Made by a program: the position numbers and the translations under genes. From positions 18,476,001 to 18,540,000 of the forward strand of contig JBITNC010000002.1 in assembly GCA_050084985.1 (NCBI GenBank): a DNA stretch of 64,000 nt. The letters run 5' to 3'. Origin of the DNA: Nageia nagi. Taxonomy: Eukaryota > Plantae > Pinophyta. Below are positions 1 through 12,896 of the stretch, piece by piece (positions within the stretch are counted from its first letter, which is position 1; every line of letters begins with the position of its first letter). The notes beneath the pieces are model-generated. The model had not been told where the DNA came from. It ran no database searches and was given only the letters and a program-made list of their open reading frames with translations.

Positions 1-1515
1 AAATACCCATAAACCCTGAATTGGATGTATGGATGTGTCTACTTGATGCTTTGTAAATCCAATATTATGGTTTTGAATGTATAGATAGACATATGCAAAG
101 TGTGGAACAATACTCAAGGACCATAGACGTGTATGCAAAATTAGAGCTCTAGAAGAAGATTTGAACATCAATCAAAGAGTAGTTGAAAATGTTTTTGTCT
201 TAAATATTATGGTTTTGATTTCCCTGATACATGATGTGATATGAAATAATTTAAATATAGTACCATATGATCAAAAAATTGGCTTGGAGAAGGAAATAAA
301 CTTTTCAAAATAAATATTTTCAAAGTATCAAAAACCATTCCAAAAGTGGTAAGTTGGAAAAAAAAACAAATCTTGAGAATTGTTTAACAAGATGCATGAT
401 GCAAGAATGGTTTCATAGAATGCAATTTTTAGGTGTGAATTCATACTCTATAACCTTTCCAAGTAATCTTTCTACTACATATTCTTAATAGATTAAAGAC
501 CTTGTTGCAATAGATCGATTCGAATTATGAGTATGCAAAGATTATTAAACTAGCTAATATTCATAATTTGAATCAATCTCTTTCAAGAAGATCTTACAGG
601 CTATATTTTATGCTTTATCAAGGACCCTTTACTCTTAGAAAAGCATAAAATATAACCTATAAAGAAAACAACTTGAGTAGCATGAGAAACCTTTGTGTGT
701 TCTACTTGCATATATAAACATGTGTATATGTTCTACTTGCATGCAACCATGCAGTTCTAGTCGATGAGGACTATAAATACTCTAATAGCATGAATGACTT
801 TTATTGCATTATTCCTGGTATGTATCATTATTTCAACATATGCCACCATTAGAGCTCTAGAAGTAGGTATGGACATCTTTTAAAGAGTAGTTGGGAGTCA
901 TTTTGCATTAAATGTTATGGTTGTGAATGCCCTAATAGGACTGTATGCAAAATATGAAAGAATACACAAGGCTCAAGAATTATTAAACAGGATGCATGAT
1001 GCATACATAGTTCCATGGAATGCAATGATTGGAGGATATGAAACTCATGACTACATCAAGGATGCCCTTAAAATATTTGACATGTTGAAGCATCCAGGTT
1101 GGTTGTATGGTAACATTATGAACAATGCTAAAGTATAAAAGTGATATAACTATTGAGATCTTGTAAATGTAGCTAACCTTGACTTATCTAATTCATGATA
1201 TTTTGAATATGTTATCTTGATGGAGAGACATCCAACCTTTATATCTTATTATGCTTATTATGGAGGTAAGACAACATAACATTTAAATTTTTAGGTTGAA
1301 TAATTGTTAAGTATTACAAGCTTATTTTTACCACCTTACTACTTTTGGAGTATTTATTTTGCACTTTCTTAAAGTATAGTTTTTCATCATGTAGCCATTT
1401 TTAAACTTGATAATTGCATCATCTTAAAATTCTCTACAAGTATTTCATTTTTTGCATATCCTGCAATCATAGGATTAATCATTATACATGCATTGTTGAC
1501 CTTTTTAGCTATACA

Positions 1516-1950
1516 AGCTATCTTGATGGAGTTTTGAACTTCACTATCAAAATACCCACAAACCCTAAGTTATGTGTATACATGTATCTACTTGGTGCTT
1601 GTAAATATAATATTATGATTTATGTAGGCTATCTTGAGGAAGCTTTGAACTTCATTGCCAAAATATCCATAAACCTTGAATTATGTTTGTGCATGTGTTT
1701 ACTTAGTGCTTGTAAGTTGAACGTTATAGTTCAAGAAGGCTATCTTGAGGAAGCCTTGAACTTCACTATCAACTATCAAAATATCCATAAACCATAAATT
1801 GGGTATGTATATGTGTCTAGTTGCTGTTCATAAATCAAATGTTATGGTTTGTGCAAGCTATGGGAGATTTGAACTTCACTGTCAAAATACCCATAAACCT
1901 TGAATTGGGTATGTGGATGTATCTACTTGGTGCTTGTAAATCAAATGTTG
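1516..1950 (+). repeat. Tandem repeat, 4 x ~111 bp, derived from the PPR S2/E1 junction
   Basis: Units start at 1516, 1627, 1738 and 1856 (consensus ggctatcttgaggaagccttgaacttcactatcaaaatacccataaaccttgaatt...cttggtgcttgtaaatcaaatgttatggtt). Unit 3 has a 7-bp actatca duplication. A partial copy lies at 1-75. Confidence 0.9.
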
Positions 1951-1959
1951 TGGATTTAT

Positions 1960-2290
1960 TCGATAAGATACATGATGCATAATCATAGTATGCAAGGATT
2001 ATGCAATACACAAAATGGCTTTTTTGGAAAAGGTCCTTAGACACATGAAACATGTGGAAGAATAAAATAAGATCAGAGATTTTTTTTTACAAGATGCATG
2101 ATGAAAACACAACTTCACAATTTGTAATGATTACATGATACATAAAATGAATTTTTTGAAAAAGGCCCATAGAAACATGAAACACATGGAAGAATACACA
2201 AGACCTAGGATAAATTTGATAAAATGCATGATGCAAACACAATTTCATGATCTGCAATGATTGTAAGATTCATGGTTTTTCTAAAAGAAT
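1960..2290 (+). repeat. Degenerate tandem repeat, ~3 x 128 bp, derived from a PPR S/P motif (further copies at ~3110-3400)
   Basis: The aagatgcatgatgcaaac anchor occurs at 1964, 2091 and 2221, and again at 3193 and 3327. Units read approximately KMHDANIVSWTAMIxGYAQNGFxEKAL-xxxCGRIHKA. Confidence 0.75.
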
Positions 2291-3478
2291 GCAAAAAAAT
2301 ACAAAGCATGAACAGATATGTACAATACATAAGAATACTTCAAGTCTACAAGGTCATGGATTGAAATACTTGCTTGCACTTCCTAGACAACATGTATCCC
2401 CTCATCTGGTATCACCACATATCCTCTCGTATGGTCTCCCCTCTCCTCTCTCATCTCACCAATACACCAAATGTCCCTCTCCTTCCAACCCCTAACCTCA
2501 AAAAATATTGAAATGATGAAAATATTAAGTGCTTGCCATTAAGTTCCCTCATCCACCCTTTTTATTTTTTATTTTTTTTGAATTTCACCAAGGGGCTATT
2601 TTTTGCCACCTCATCTAGTTTTTTTGGTGTAATTAAAATCCAACCTATGAAAATCATCACTAAAACAAAAAATTGGGGTGGTTAAAAACTGTTGGACAAA
2701 AATCACCTCAAATCACCTGCCCCCATAGTCCATTTTTAGTCTAGTGATATTTTAATCATCTAAGCATAATTATATAATTCTTGATCATATGAGTATTCTT
2801 GATCATTTGAGCATTATAGAGCATAATTAAATCTTATAATGTTTATCTTTATGTTCATGTTCCATCTACATTGCATAATCTTCATGTCTAAAATGCGGCC
2901 CAAAAGCTAATGTGATTATTGTAATAAACTTGTCAAAAGGTGATAAACTACCTTTTTCATGCTTGTATAATTAGAACACTATTGAACCAAAGGAGATGCA
3001 TGATATCATAATTTAGAGTTTAACATACCAACTTTATAAAAATCATATGCTTGTAGAAAAAGGAGCATAAAAGATATGAAATAATCTAAATACACTATAT
3101 GCACAAAATAATTTTTCAAAAAGGCTCTATAGGCTCTATAACCATGTAAGAAAAATGTGGAAGGGATACATAAGGCATGATAATTATTTTATAAGATGCA
3201 TGATGCAAACATAGTTTTATGGACTGCAATGACAATAAGACATGTTAAAAATGATTTTTTTGAAAAATGCCCTAATATATATATGCAAAATGTGGAAGAA
3301 TACACAAGGCTTGAGAATTATTTTACAAGAAGCATGATTCAAATATAGTTTCATAATTGACAATGATTGTAGGATATGCACAAATAGATTTTCTAAAAAT
3401 TGCCTCTCCTCTATCCCATCACCTCTTCAAAATCGAAAAACTTAAAATGCCTAATAACTTTCCAAGTGACATAATAGC

Positions 3479-4145
3479 ATAACCTTTATATGTGTTCTAC
3501 TCCCATGCAACCATGTAAGTCTAGTGGATGAGGGTTGTAAATGCTTTAATAGTATGAGTGACTCTTATTGCATTATTCTTGAGATGAATCATTATATGCA
3601 TTGTTGACCTTCTAACATAACTTTAGCATTGTTCTATTTGCATGAAACCATGCAAGTCTAGTGGATGAGGGTTGTAAATACTTTAATAACACGAGTGACT
3701 CTTATTACATTCTTGTTGGGATGAATTATTATATTCATTTTTGACCTTCTAGCATAACCTTTGTATATGTTATACTTACATGCAACTATGCAACTCTACT
3801 GGATAAGGTTGTAAATAATTTAATAGCATGAGTGAATCTTATTGCATTATTCATGGGATGAATAATTATATGTATTGATGAACTTATAACATAACCTTTT
3901 TATGTGTTCTAATTTAATGCAACCATGTAAGTCTAGTGGATAAGGGTTGTAAATACTTTAATAGAATGAGTGACTATTATTGCATTATTATTGGGATGAA
4001 TCATTATATGCATTATTTTGTATGTGTTCTACTTGCATACAACCATGCAAGTCTATTGAATGAGGGTTGTAAATACTTTAATAGCATGAGTGATTCTTAT
4101 TGCATTATTCTTGGGATAAATCATTATATGCATTATTGACCTTCT
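3479..4145 (+). repeat. Tandem repeat, 5 x ~138 bp, derived from the PPR L2/S2 motif
   Basis: Units start at 3479, 3617, 3754, 3891 and ~4017 (ataacctttgtatgtgttctacttgcatgcaaccatgcaagtctagtggatgagggttgtaaatactttaatagcatgagtgactcttattgcattattcttgggatgaatcattatatgcattgttgaccttct). Confidence 0.92.
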
Positions 4146-4276
4146 TGGTTGTGCACTCTATCTTGAGTAAGGTTCAACTTCATTTCTAAAATGCCTATAA
4201 AACATGATAGATATGTATGCAAAATATGAAAGAAGCATGTTGAAAATATGGTACAATTTAATTATTTCAAACCATT

Positions 4277-4505
4277 TGGTGTACCTAGATCATTTCTATA
4301 TCATATGGTGCTTTTAGATCATTTCATATCATATGGTATAGTTGCATCATTTTAGGCCATATGGTGTACTTAGATAATTTCATATCATATGTTGGTGTAT
4401 ATAGATCATTTCATATTATTAAACACACTTAATCATTTCATATCATATATTAGTATATTTATATAATTTCATATCATATGGTGCACTTAGATAATTTAAT
4501 ATCCA
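4277..4505. repeat. Minisatellite, ~8 x 28 bp
   Basis: Consensus ggtgtacttagatcatttcatatcatat repeated with divergence. Confidence 0.85.
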
Positions 4506-5499
4506 TGGATTGGGCCATTATAGAGGTGTGCTTAGGTGTTCCTTCAAGTGTTTCCAGTATTGGAATAAGATGAGTAAAGTAAGAGACTAGAGAGTGACTA
4601 GTCAATTCCACTAGGTCATCCTTTGGGAACCCAAGGCCAACACTATGATTGAGCTTGGAGGTTAACCTTAGGAAATTAAGTATGGAATATTATCAAAGCA
4701 TCCTTGTATGATATTTCCTACATAAAATATTATATAAGAATGCTCCCAAACTATGCATTTTTAAAATTAATTACTAAGAGGTGAGTTAACCACTTTTTCT
4801 TGCAAAAAAAGGGGACAACAAAGGACCAAATAATACTCCTTTTTAATAAAGTGATCCTCAAATAAGAATAATCTTATTCAAATCAATTAGAAATGAAGGA
4901 TTATTATAGAAAACTCCAACTAAAACTATCCTTTTCCACTATATAACTGGTTAGAAAAGAAAGTTTAATTTAACATGGCTACCAAGCTCTCCAAGTTAGA
5001 TAATTAAAATAATCCCAAATAGATGAAAATGGTAAGTATAGCTCCCTTTTAATAACATGAAATCTCAAATTAATATTTATTATCTAATATTAATCTTCAC
5101 CAGTACATAAAATTTACTACAATAGTTGTAAAACTTATAAGAGGATTAAAAAATCACATGTAATGCTAGTTTACTTATTAACTTGTAAATAAAACATATA
5201 TACAATAACAATATCAAAGAATAACAACATGAAATCACTCAAAATATTCTTTTATTAATTATTATTATTCAAAAATACATCATATTCTTACACAATAAGA
5301 GAGAGTATAAAAATATTTTCCTCCTCCTTTTACAAGACTAGAAGAAGGTGAAATGACTTGACTCTTTGCCTACCCTATTTCAATTATGAAAATATCTCCT
5401 TAATTATGGACACTTTTCAACTTCCTTCTAATATAACTCTAACAATAAAATAACTAAAAATTACATAATTTTTTTATTTTTTCAAAATAAAAATTTATT

Positions 5500-7060
5500 T
5501 CCCTATCCAAGGGTTGCCACTTGAGTCAACATCTTTCAAAGACCAACGAATCCTCCTTTGCATATGTCCAAACCAACTAATTTTAAAACACTATCCAAGG
5601 CGTGGCATGTGTGAGTCATGAAATCTTCAATGAATCAATAAGATTATTTTGTAGATCCTTTCCTATAAATTTTTTCACCTTTTTCATGTATAACCTTAGA
5701 CCATTGAAGTCCACTAAAGTTTCTTCTTCTAGATTTTAGATTTCTTTAATCAGGTCCTGCAATCTAAGTTTGAAGATAATGAAATTGTTATATGTTCACA
5801 TTAAATTTTGATCTTGGAGATATTTCTAGTTGATAGTTAACATTTAAGATTTGACCAAATTCTTTATACTAGTATTTAACTAATTCTTTTATATCAATGA
5901 AACATCATTAAATAATTTTTAATTTTTCATGTATAGCTCCAAATTTTGATACTATTAAACTCTGTTTCACTTTAGCTATTGAAAACCATCCATGAAAGAA
6001 AAATAATTTACCAAAAATATTGATCTATTATACTATATTAAATGGAAACTATTTCTTGTATTTAAATAAACTTTACATTTGTTTCCCAGATCTCCATCAC
6101 ATTCACTTTTTGCTTGTCCATGTCCTTCATTTCTCTTTTGATCATAAGAAACCAAGTGAAACTATTGAAAGTGGAAATCAATTGGATAACAAGAGTTTGA
6201 TCATTTTATAAGAAATATTATTCTCAATAATAGTTTGAATTTATGATGTTCTCATCTACATTTAAGGCTTCTCATCCTTTTCCCTTTGCTTTCTCTTAAT
6301 ATCCTTTAATTCTTCTTCCAATTCTTTGACTCTTTACTTATATTTTTAAGCCAATTTTTGCATATAAGTAATGTCATTTTCATTTATTAGTCTTATGTCT
6401 ACTTTATCTTTATAATTTTTTAGATTTGTTACATCCTTTGGTTGCCTTCAATTGCTATATACTTTGTTGATAGGTATTTGGCCATCTTCTTCAATCCTTG
6501 GAAAGATTTGGAGGAGTTTTGATGGTCTTGTAGGTATTGATATATTTTACTCATTATAATCATATTCAAAATCACCTTCAATTCCACTCATATATTTAAG
6601 TCTCTATAAATATGCATTAATATCAATTCTTGCGAGCCAAGTTTCAGCATTGACCCTTTCAGGAGCCTATTTTGTCTTGCAAGAATAATATGTTTTTTTG
6701 AAGCTTTATCATGCTCATATTAATTTCTCTTTTTTTTTTCCTTTATAATTTTTATCCATAACTATCATCACCATAATTTTATCCTCTTCCTCCTTGATCA
6801 AAATATTTGTACTACCATAAATTTTTGATACTTTCCTTATGATATTATATCTTTTTAGAGTGGGTATTTTTCTATGATGGCTTTGATCTTTGACTTGATG
6901 ATGAATCATTGTTATTTGATTAAAAATACTTTTTATTTTATTAATTAGAGCTTAATTTTTATTTTAATTCATCTTTCATGCATTTCATACATATATGCTT
7001 AGCCAAAACCCACATCTGTTGGCCCTTACAAATTTAATCATACACAGTCGCCATTATAAG
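5500..7060 (-). mobile_element. Possible highly degenerate retroelement gag-like remnant with PBS-like site
   Basis: The minus strand reads TGGCGACTGTG at 7053-7043 (TGGCGAC-type PBS). A zinc-knuckle-like remnant G*CFKISWFGHMQRR lies at ~5600-5550. No intact ORF and no LTR pair were found. Confidence 0.3.
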
Positions 7061-7826
7061 AATGAGTAAGAATCTTTCCATGATGAATTAGTAAAGAAAA
7101 ATATTTTTGGTATGTTTTTTAATATGTATTATGGATGATTTATGATTATTCTTGATTTTTACTACTACCTTTATGTTCAATGCATTTGATCAATCTCTAA
7201 ATTTTCCCGAATGAGCATACTTGATAAGGTCACCCTTTGGCATAGCCTTGAAAAATGTGCAAATCATATTGTTATAAAAACATTTGTAAAATTTTATGCT
7301 TTTGATTATTTCATATTAACTTAATCCATATCATGAACCTAACACTTTTGGTGATTCATCAACCGAAGTTGTAGAACGCAAGATATTAAAGTTTCAAGAT
7401 TAATTAAATTTAATGAATTTAATTAAATTGCTAATTCATATATCTTTGAGTGATATTTTTGGTAAGAAGGGACACTCAAAAGATATTATGCAACCACCCA
7501 TTGGAAATATATTAGTCTTAGGTAATTCTTAAAATTGATGGTTCAAAAAAAGGAGCTCATATGTGAAAGTTATGCATGAAAAGGCTAGTTAATCCCCATT
7601 TGCCAATTTAATTATTTTTTGGCAAAATCACCTTGAGAATAAGCCATATTTTCAAATGAAGTTTTCTTAATCAATAAATGAGAAAAATAAGTCATATTAA
7701 CATTCATTTAAATCAACCAAAAGTAAAAAAATTGTCAAAATTCATTTCATGAAAAATGAAACCCAAATAAGGAAGTTGCAATATTAGTTTGTTTGTGACT
7801 TGAAAAGGGACTAATTTGATCCAAAT

Positions 7827-8345
7827 TTAGTTGGTCAAATTGAGTTTATCATTAAAAAAAGTTATCAAAAGTTATTTTTATTTGACTAACTAATTTCATG
7901 AAGTCCACTTTTCAATTGGTTGGATCAAGTTGATCGTTAACAAAAGTTATCATAAGTCATTACGATCCAACTAACTAATTTAATTAAGTTTACTTTTTAG
8001 TTAGTTGGATCGATTTGATTATCAACAAAAATTGTTATATGTCATTTCGATATAACTAATTAATTTCATAAAGTCCACTTTTTTATTCATAATTTTAGTT
8101 ATTCAAATCGATTTGATTGTCAACAAAATTTTAGTTAGTCAGATCAAGTCGACTATCAAGAAAATTTTAGTTAGTCAGATTGAGTCAACTGTCAATTTTT
8201 TTTAGTTGATTAGATCTACTTGAATGATATCAAAAATTTAGTTAGTTGAATCAAGTTATTTGATAATATAATTTTAGTTGGTCAAATCAAGTTGACTATA
8301 AACAAAATTTTAGTTAGTCAAATCGTGTTGATTATCAACAACATT
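7827..8345. repeat. Composite minisatellite: 3 x ~85-bp units followed by 7 x 36-bp units sharing the core ttagttagtcaaatcaagttgattatcaacaaaa
   Basis: Core starts at 7827, 7912, 7997, then 8095, 8131, 8167, 8202, 8238, 8274 and 8310. Confidence 0.85.
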
Positions 8346-8687
8346 TTTACCACCACATGTATCTTCATATTTTTGACATGTATCCATCTATACCCTAAAA
8401 TGCCTATAAATAAGAGGTGAACACTCAAAAATCTGGAAGGAGATTAGATCAAATATAATGATAATAATTTAGGGTTAGAAAATTTTGAAACAAAGTGTTG
8501 CCAATTTGTTTTTAGTTGGTTAGGTTGAGAATGACGACGATAATAATGATGATGATCTTTCTATGCCCCATTTTTATCTTGATTACCCCAAGGATTTAGG
8601 AACCAAGGAAAAATGTTTTCTTGAAAATAGAGAATTTTATTGGGGATGAAATCATATTACCAACAAGCTCATTGACAACTTGTACCT

Positions 8688-9160
8688 ATGGGGGAACTTT
8701 CATTGACCCAAAAAAACCAAAAAGTATTTTTCTATAGATATTTTAATACCTAAAAAAATAAGAAAGGTTTTTTCTATGGAACTTTTAATGCCCTAAAAGA
8801 ACTAAAATGAGTTTTGATATGGAACTTTTAATGCCCAAAAAAAACCAAGAAGGGTTTTTATATAGAACTTTTAATTCTTTAAGAGAATTAAAAAGAGTTT
8901 TTGTATGGAAATTTTATTTCCCCAAAAAAACTAAAAAGATTTTTTTAAGGAAAATTTTAATGTTCTAAAAGAACCAAAAATGAATTTTTTATAGAACATT
9001 TAATGCACCAAAAGAACCAAAATAAGTTATATTTATGGGGATTTTATCACCCTAAAAGAAGCAAAATAAGTTTTTTCTATAAAATTTTAGTACCTCAAAA
9101 GAACCAAAAAGAGTTTTTTATGAAACATTTAATGCCCCAAAAGAACCAAAAGGGTTGCAC
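8688..9160. repeat. Minisatellite, ~11 x 43 bp
   Basis: Consensus atggaacttttaatgccccaaaagaaccaaaaagagtttttct, with starts at 8776, 8819, 8862, 8905, 8947, 8991, 9035, 9079 and 9120 among others. Confidence 0.9.
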
Positions 9161-9749
9161 CAGCTATAATGGAAAACCATATTGACCTATCCTTTTGTGA
9201 TACACCAAAAGAATTAAAAGGGACTCAATTGGCCATCATAGGGTAACCATGATTAGGATTAAATAGAATTATTGAGGTCCTATCATAAGAGAAGACCATG
9301 TAAAAGGAAGACCTATATGTAATAGGGAAAATAATAACATTAGGAAACTAGTATGCCCTAGGATCAAAATTTCAAGTGACATAATGACATGCTTGACCCA
9401 TGCTTATAATACAAAAAAGAGGGGTTTTGATGATGTTAAAGGAAGGGAGATGACTTCACTAAGAGTTTATGACTTCAGGAGGGTATTCAAATAAAACAAA
9501 AAAATCTAGCCAACATAAATGCCAAAAAATAGTATGCAAATTCATGTTTAAATGATAGGAGATATTGACATATTTTCAAACATGAAAGTATGTGGATTTA
9601 TCAATATGATTTCCATTAGAATATATTTTATATGAAGATATGGTATTAAATATATGTTGAAAATATCATTTATGTTATGGGCATTTCCTTTCACACCAAT
9701 GTTAGTAAATAGGTTTTCTCCTTAATTTGTAGATCCATGACCACAACTT

Positions 9750-11200
9750 TTGAAGAGTTTGATTAGGTAATTTATCTTTGTGATAGGATGTAAAATGAGT
9801 TTATTAAATCAAATATTGATTTTTTGGGTAACATTTGCAACAAAAAAATAAAATTCACAAGTTATTCTCTTCTCATTTATTTCCTAATAGGATAAATGGG
9901 GTCTGAATTTTTACAAGGTTGGAAACTAGAGAATAAATAATGAATATAAGATATACTTCCTCATATCAGAGAAGGTGATAGCTCATATACCTAGTTTTTT
10001 GATCATGTTCTTAGTGAATTTTATGGAAGGATAACCATTATGATACCCATGATTTCTCATTTTTTCTTATAGTTTTTAGATGAGTTCAAAGTTGGTGATG
10101 TGGTGATTCTAGAACATGGAATGTTTGTCCGAATGCATGGTGGAAAATTGATCTATAATCACCAAAATCCTATGGCTTACATGGATCCTCAAATACAAAT
10201 TTTACAAAATATTATTGATTTTATTTTGAATAAATAGGGTTTATTAAAGGTAAAACAATTCAAGTTCCTCAATCTCCACCAGATGTTATAACTAAACAAA
10301 ATAAAGAATCGACTCCTTTAATAGACACTATTAGAATACAAATTGATAAGGATGCATATCATACACTTTTATCTCTTAAATAAAGTTATGTTAACCAAAT
10401 TCAAGAAAGTGATAAGTCATCAAGTTTAAGACCAAGTATGACATCTATTCTAGGTTATTCTAGCAAGAGGACAATATATGAACTTAATGATGAGTCAGAA
10501 AAGCAACATGAAATTCATTATTTTATAGAAAGATAATAAGTATGGTTTTACAAATCCTCAATTATAACTATGAATACATATATGATCATAAAATCCCAAT
10601 ATTAGATGTAACATTTGGTGAAAAGATCCATAAAATAGAAGTTTATGGTACATTGGAAAACTAAACATATAAACAAATAAGCATAAGAAAGGAATTTGTT
10701 GATAGAGGTAAGGATTTATGGAAAAATTTAGAGCTTTAGTGGATAGGAAAAATTATCAAACATCATATTAACAAGCAACTTACTTAGTTGATGAAACTAG
10801 TCTTAGAATCTTTACCCAAAAATATGGATAAGTATCATCACTTGCTAGAAATTGAAGAATGGAGAGGAGTTGAAGGATTTGAAAATGAGAAGTGGCATGA
10901 TTTTGATAAATGCACAACATTTATGGTTAAATTTGGGCCTACATTATGCTTTTACCATCTACGATCACATACTAACAACTACAAAAATAACCACCATTAA
11001 CTAACTACTACTAACTAATGTATTATTATAACATTAATAAATTCCCACAACTAAAGAGAATGACATCATATGAATTGAAAATGGTTGAAGAAGAGGTAAG
11101 AAGTTATTTTATTCTTCTTAAAATATTTAATAAGGTTGCTTCTTTTGATAATCAAGAATATAAGGATATTCTTTCTTTAATCAAAGAAATAGTAAGTTGA
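9750..11200 (+). pseudogene. Degenerate coding-like tract, probably a transposon accessory ORF
   Basis: Broken codon-like stretches such as FKVGDVVILEHGMFVRMHGG near 10085-10145, and ORFs 10788-11000 and 11018-11200. It lies downstream of a TATA-like cctataaata (8403) and the tandem arrays. No diagnostic domain was recognised. Confidence 0.3.
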
Positions 11201-12279
11201 AAGAAATAAGAAATAAGGGATGCTCAAAAGGTTTAGTCAAGGTTGATTTTTGAAGATCCACCCTTTTTGATGAGCTAAAGAGTAGATATCATTTCACCTA
11301 TTTTCCATATTTTCCATCCAAGGTACTTAGTTTTTTCTCCCACAATGTATTTTCATTGCATTTCATATTTCTCTTTTACCATTCAAATTATCTCATACCA
11401 GACTATTTGATTTTCATGTACACAACAATTGAGAAGATATTAAGACTATATCAATATCCTCCAGTTGTTTCACATTTTTAAGGAGTAATTAGTTTCATTA
11501 CCAGACCTTGTTTACATTATTTGAGCAAAAAGGTTGTGATGTTATATTCAATATATTTGTACTGTATGCTCATTGCTATAACTATATGTAACATTTGGAT
11601 ATCAATAAAATGATATTTTATTCCTTATGGTGATTAGATAAATTTTTTTATCAAATCATTTACTTTATCGTACTAGCTAATATTGAAAATAAATAATGTC
11701 TAAAAAAATGATCTCTAAGTAAAGGATACAATCCTAGGCCTAGTTGAAAATATCAAGTATCCTATGTTATATTTTCAAGTTTTATCATATATCCTTGAGC
11801 ATGATGCTAGGTTATATTAATAGTATTCATTATTTAATGGAGTATTCAATAATAAATAAAATTTAAAATCATCACATTGAAGAGTAAAATACAACTCTAT
11901 ATACAATCCTAAAAGAATCCAAATTATCAAGAAAATAAAATGAACTATCATGACCCTAGATTTATTTAAAAAATGAATTTCAACAGTTGCCTACAATTAC
12001 AACTGCTTACAGGCTAAAAACACTTCATTTATATACATACAAACTATTGCATGTAATATACTCAAGGAATAAGTAATTAATATATGCACAAGAAATAAAG
12101 TAATATACACATGAGAAATATCAACCTATGTCACTTAAAGATGAGAATGTCGACTTAAACTTGAGTATATCAACCTAAAGGTGAGCAACCCATATCATAA
12201 AATATCAATTTGTACATTGGTTAATGTCATTCCAAGGGTGATAATGTTAGTCCACTATGTTTTTAATTCATATATCACT

Positions 12280-12430
12280 TATATATGCATGAGAAATCGA
12301 ATATATACAGATGGGAGATAAGGTGATATATGCATAGGAAATAAAATAATATACACATGGGAAATAAAATGAGATATACATGGGAAGTAAAATGATATAC
12401 AAATTGGAAATAAAATGATATACACACAAG
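12280..12430. repeat. Minisatellite, ~6-7 x 23 bp
   Basis: Consensus atatacacatgggaaataaaatg. Related copies lie at ~12060-12120. Confidence 0.75.
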
Positions 12431-12896
12431 ATTTATAAATATTATAATAGGGTCTACCCCAAGGCCTGGATAAGCCATATATGATAGGAGACTGGTTATG
12501 TTAATACAAGAAGGTATGGCTAGAAAAATTACAATGAAAGAATAAAAAAGTTGATTTGAAGTTTGCCAAATCATTTTCCAAGATAACTATCAAGATCTTT
12601 GATCACTCCATCATGAATATATTTAAAATAATATTGAGATTGAATAAGCAAAGTAGCCAATATCATGGTTTTTCAATGGAGAACTCTAAGAGATTGGCTC
12701 ATTTGCTTACTTAGTTTCATTTCAAAAATGACCATAAGCAATCCAAGATAAATGATGACTAGCGAATGTAGAACAATATTTTATCTCAATATCCATAGGA
12801 GCCAAATTAATCCTTTTCCATTGGAACTCTTATGATTTTGGCTCATATAGATATTTAAGCTCATATTTTAATGAACCTGTCCCGATAAAAAATCCC

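Larger units (their letters stand above)
1..4230 (+). pseudogene. Fragmented, rearranged PLS/E-class pentatricopeptide repeat (PPR) gene relics
   Basis: Recognisable PLS-PPR motifs in broken frames: VVNALIGLYAKYERIHKAQELLNRMHDAYIVPWNAMIGGY (917-1138), HYTCIVDLFSYTSYLDGVLNFTIKIPTNPKLCVYMYLLGACK (S2-E1 junction, ORF 1414-1797), FVCVLLAYNHASLLNEGCKYFNSMSDSYCIILGINHY (L2-S2, ORF 3936-4139). There are many stops and frameshifts, with non-PPR sequence interleaved. Confidence 0.9.

Noticed and set aside
5500-6950. Endogenous caulimovirid coat protein (zinc knuckle, lysine-rich)
   Set aside because: No movement protein, protease or RT motifs lie nearby, and the knuckle is too degenerate to assign.
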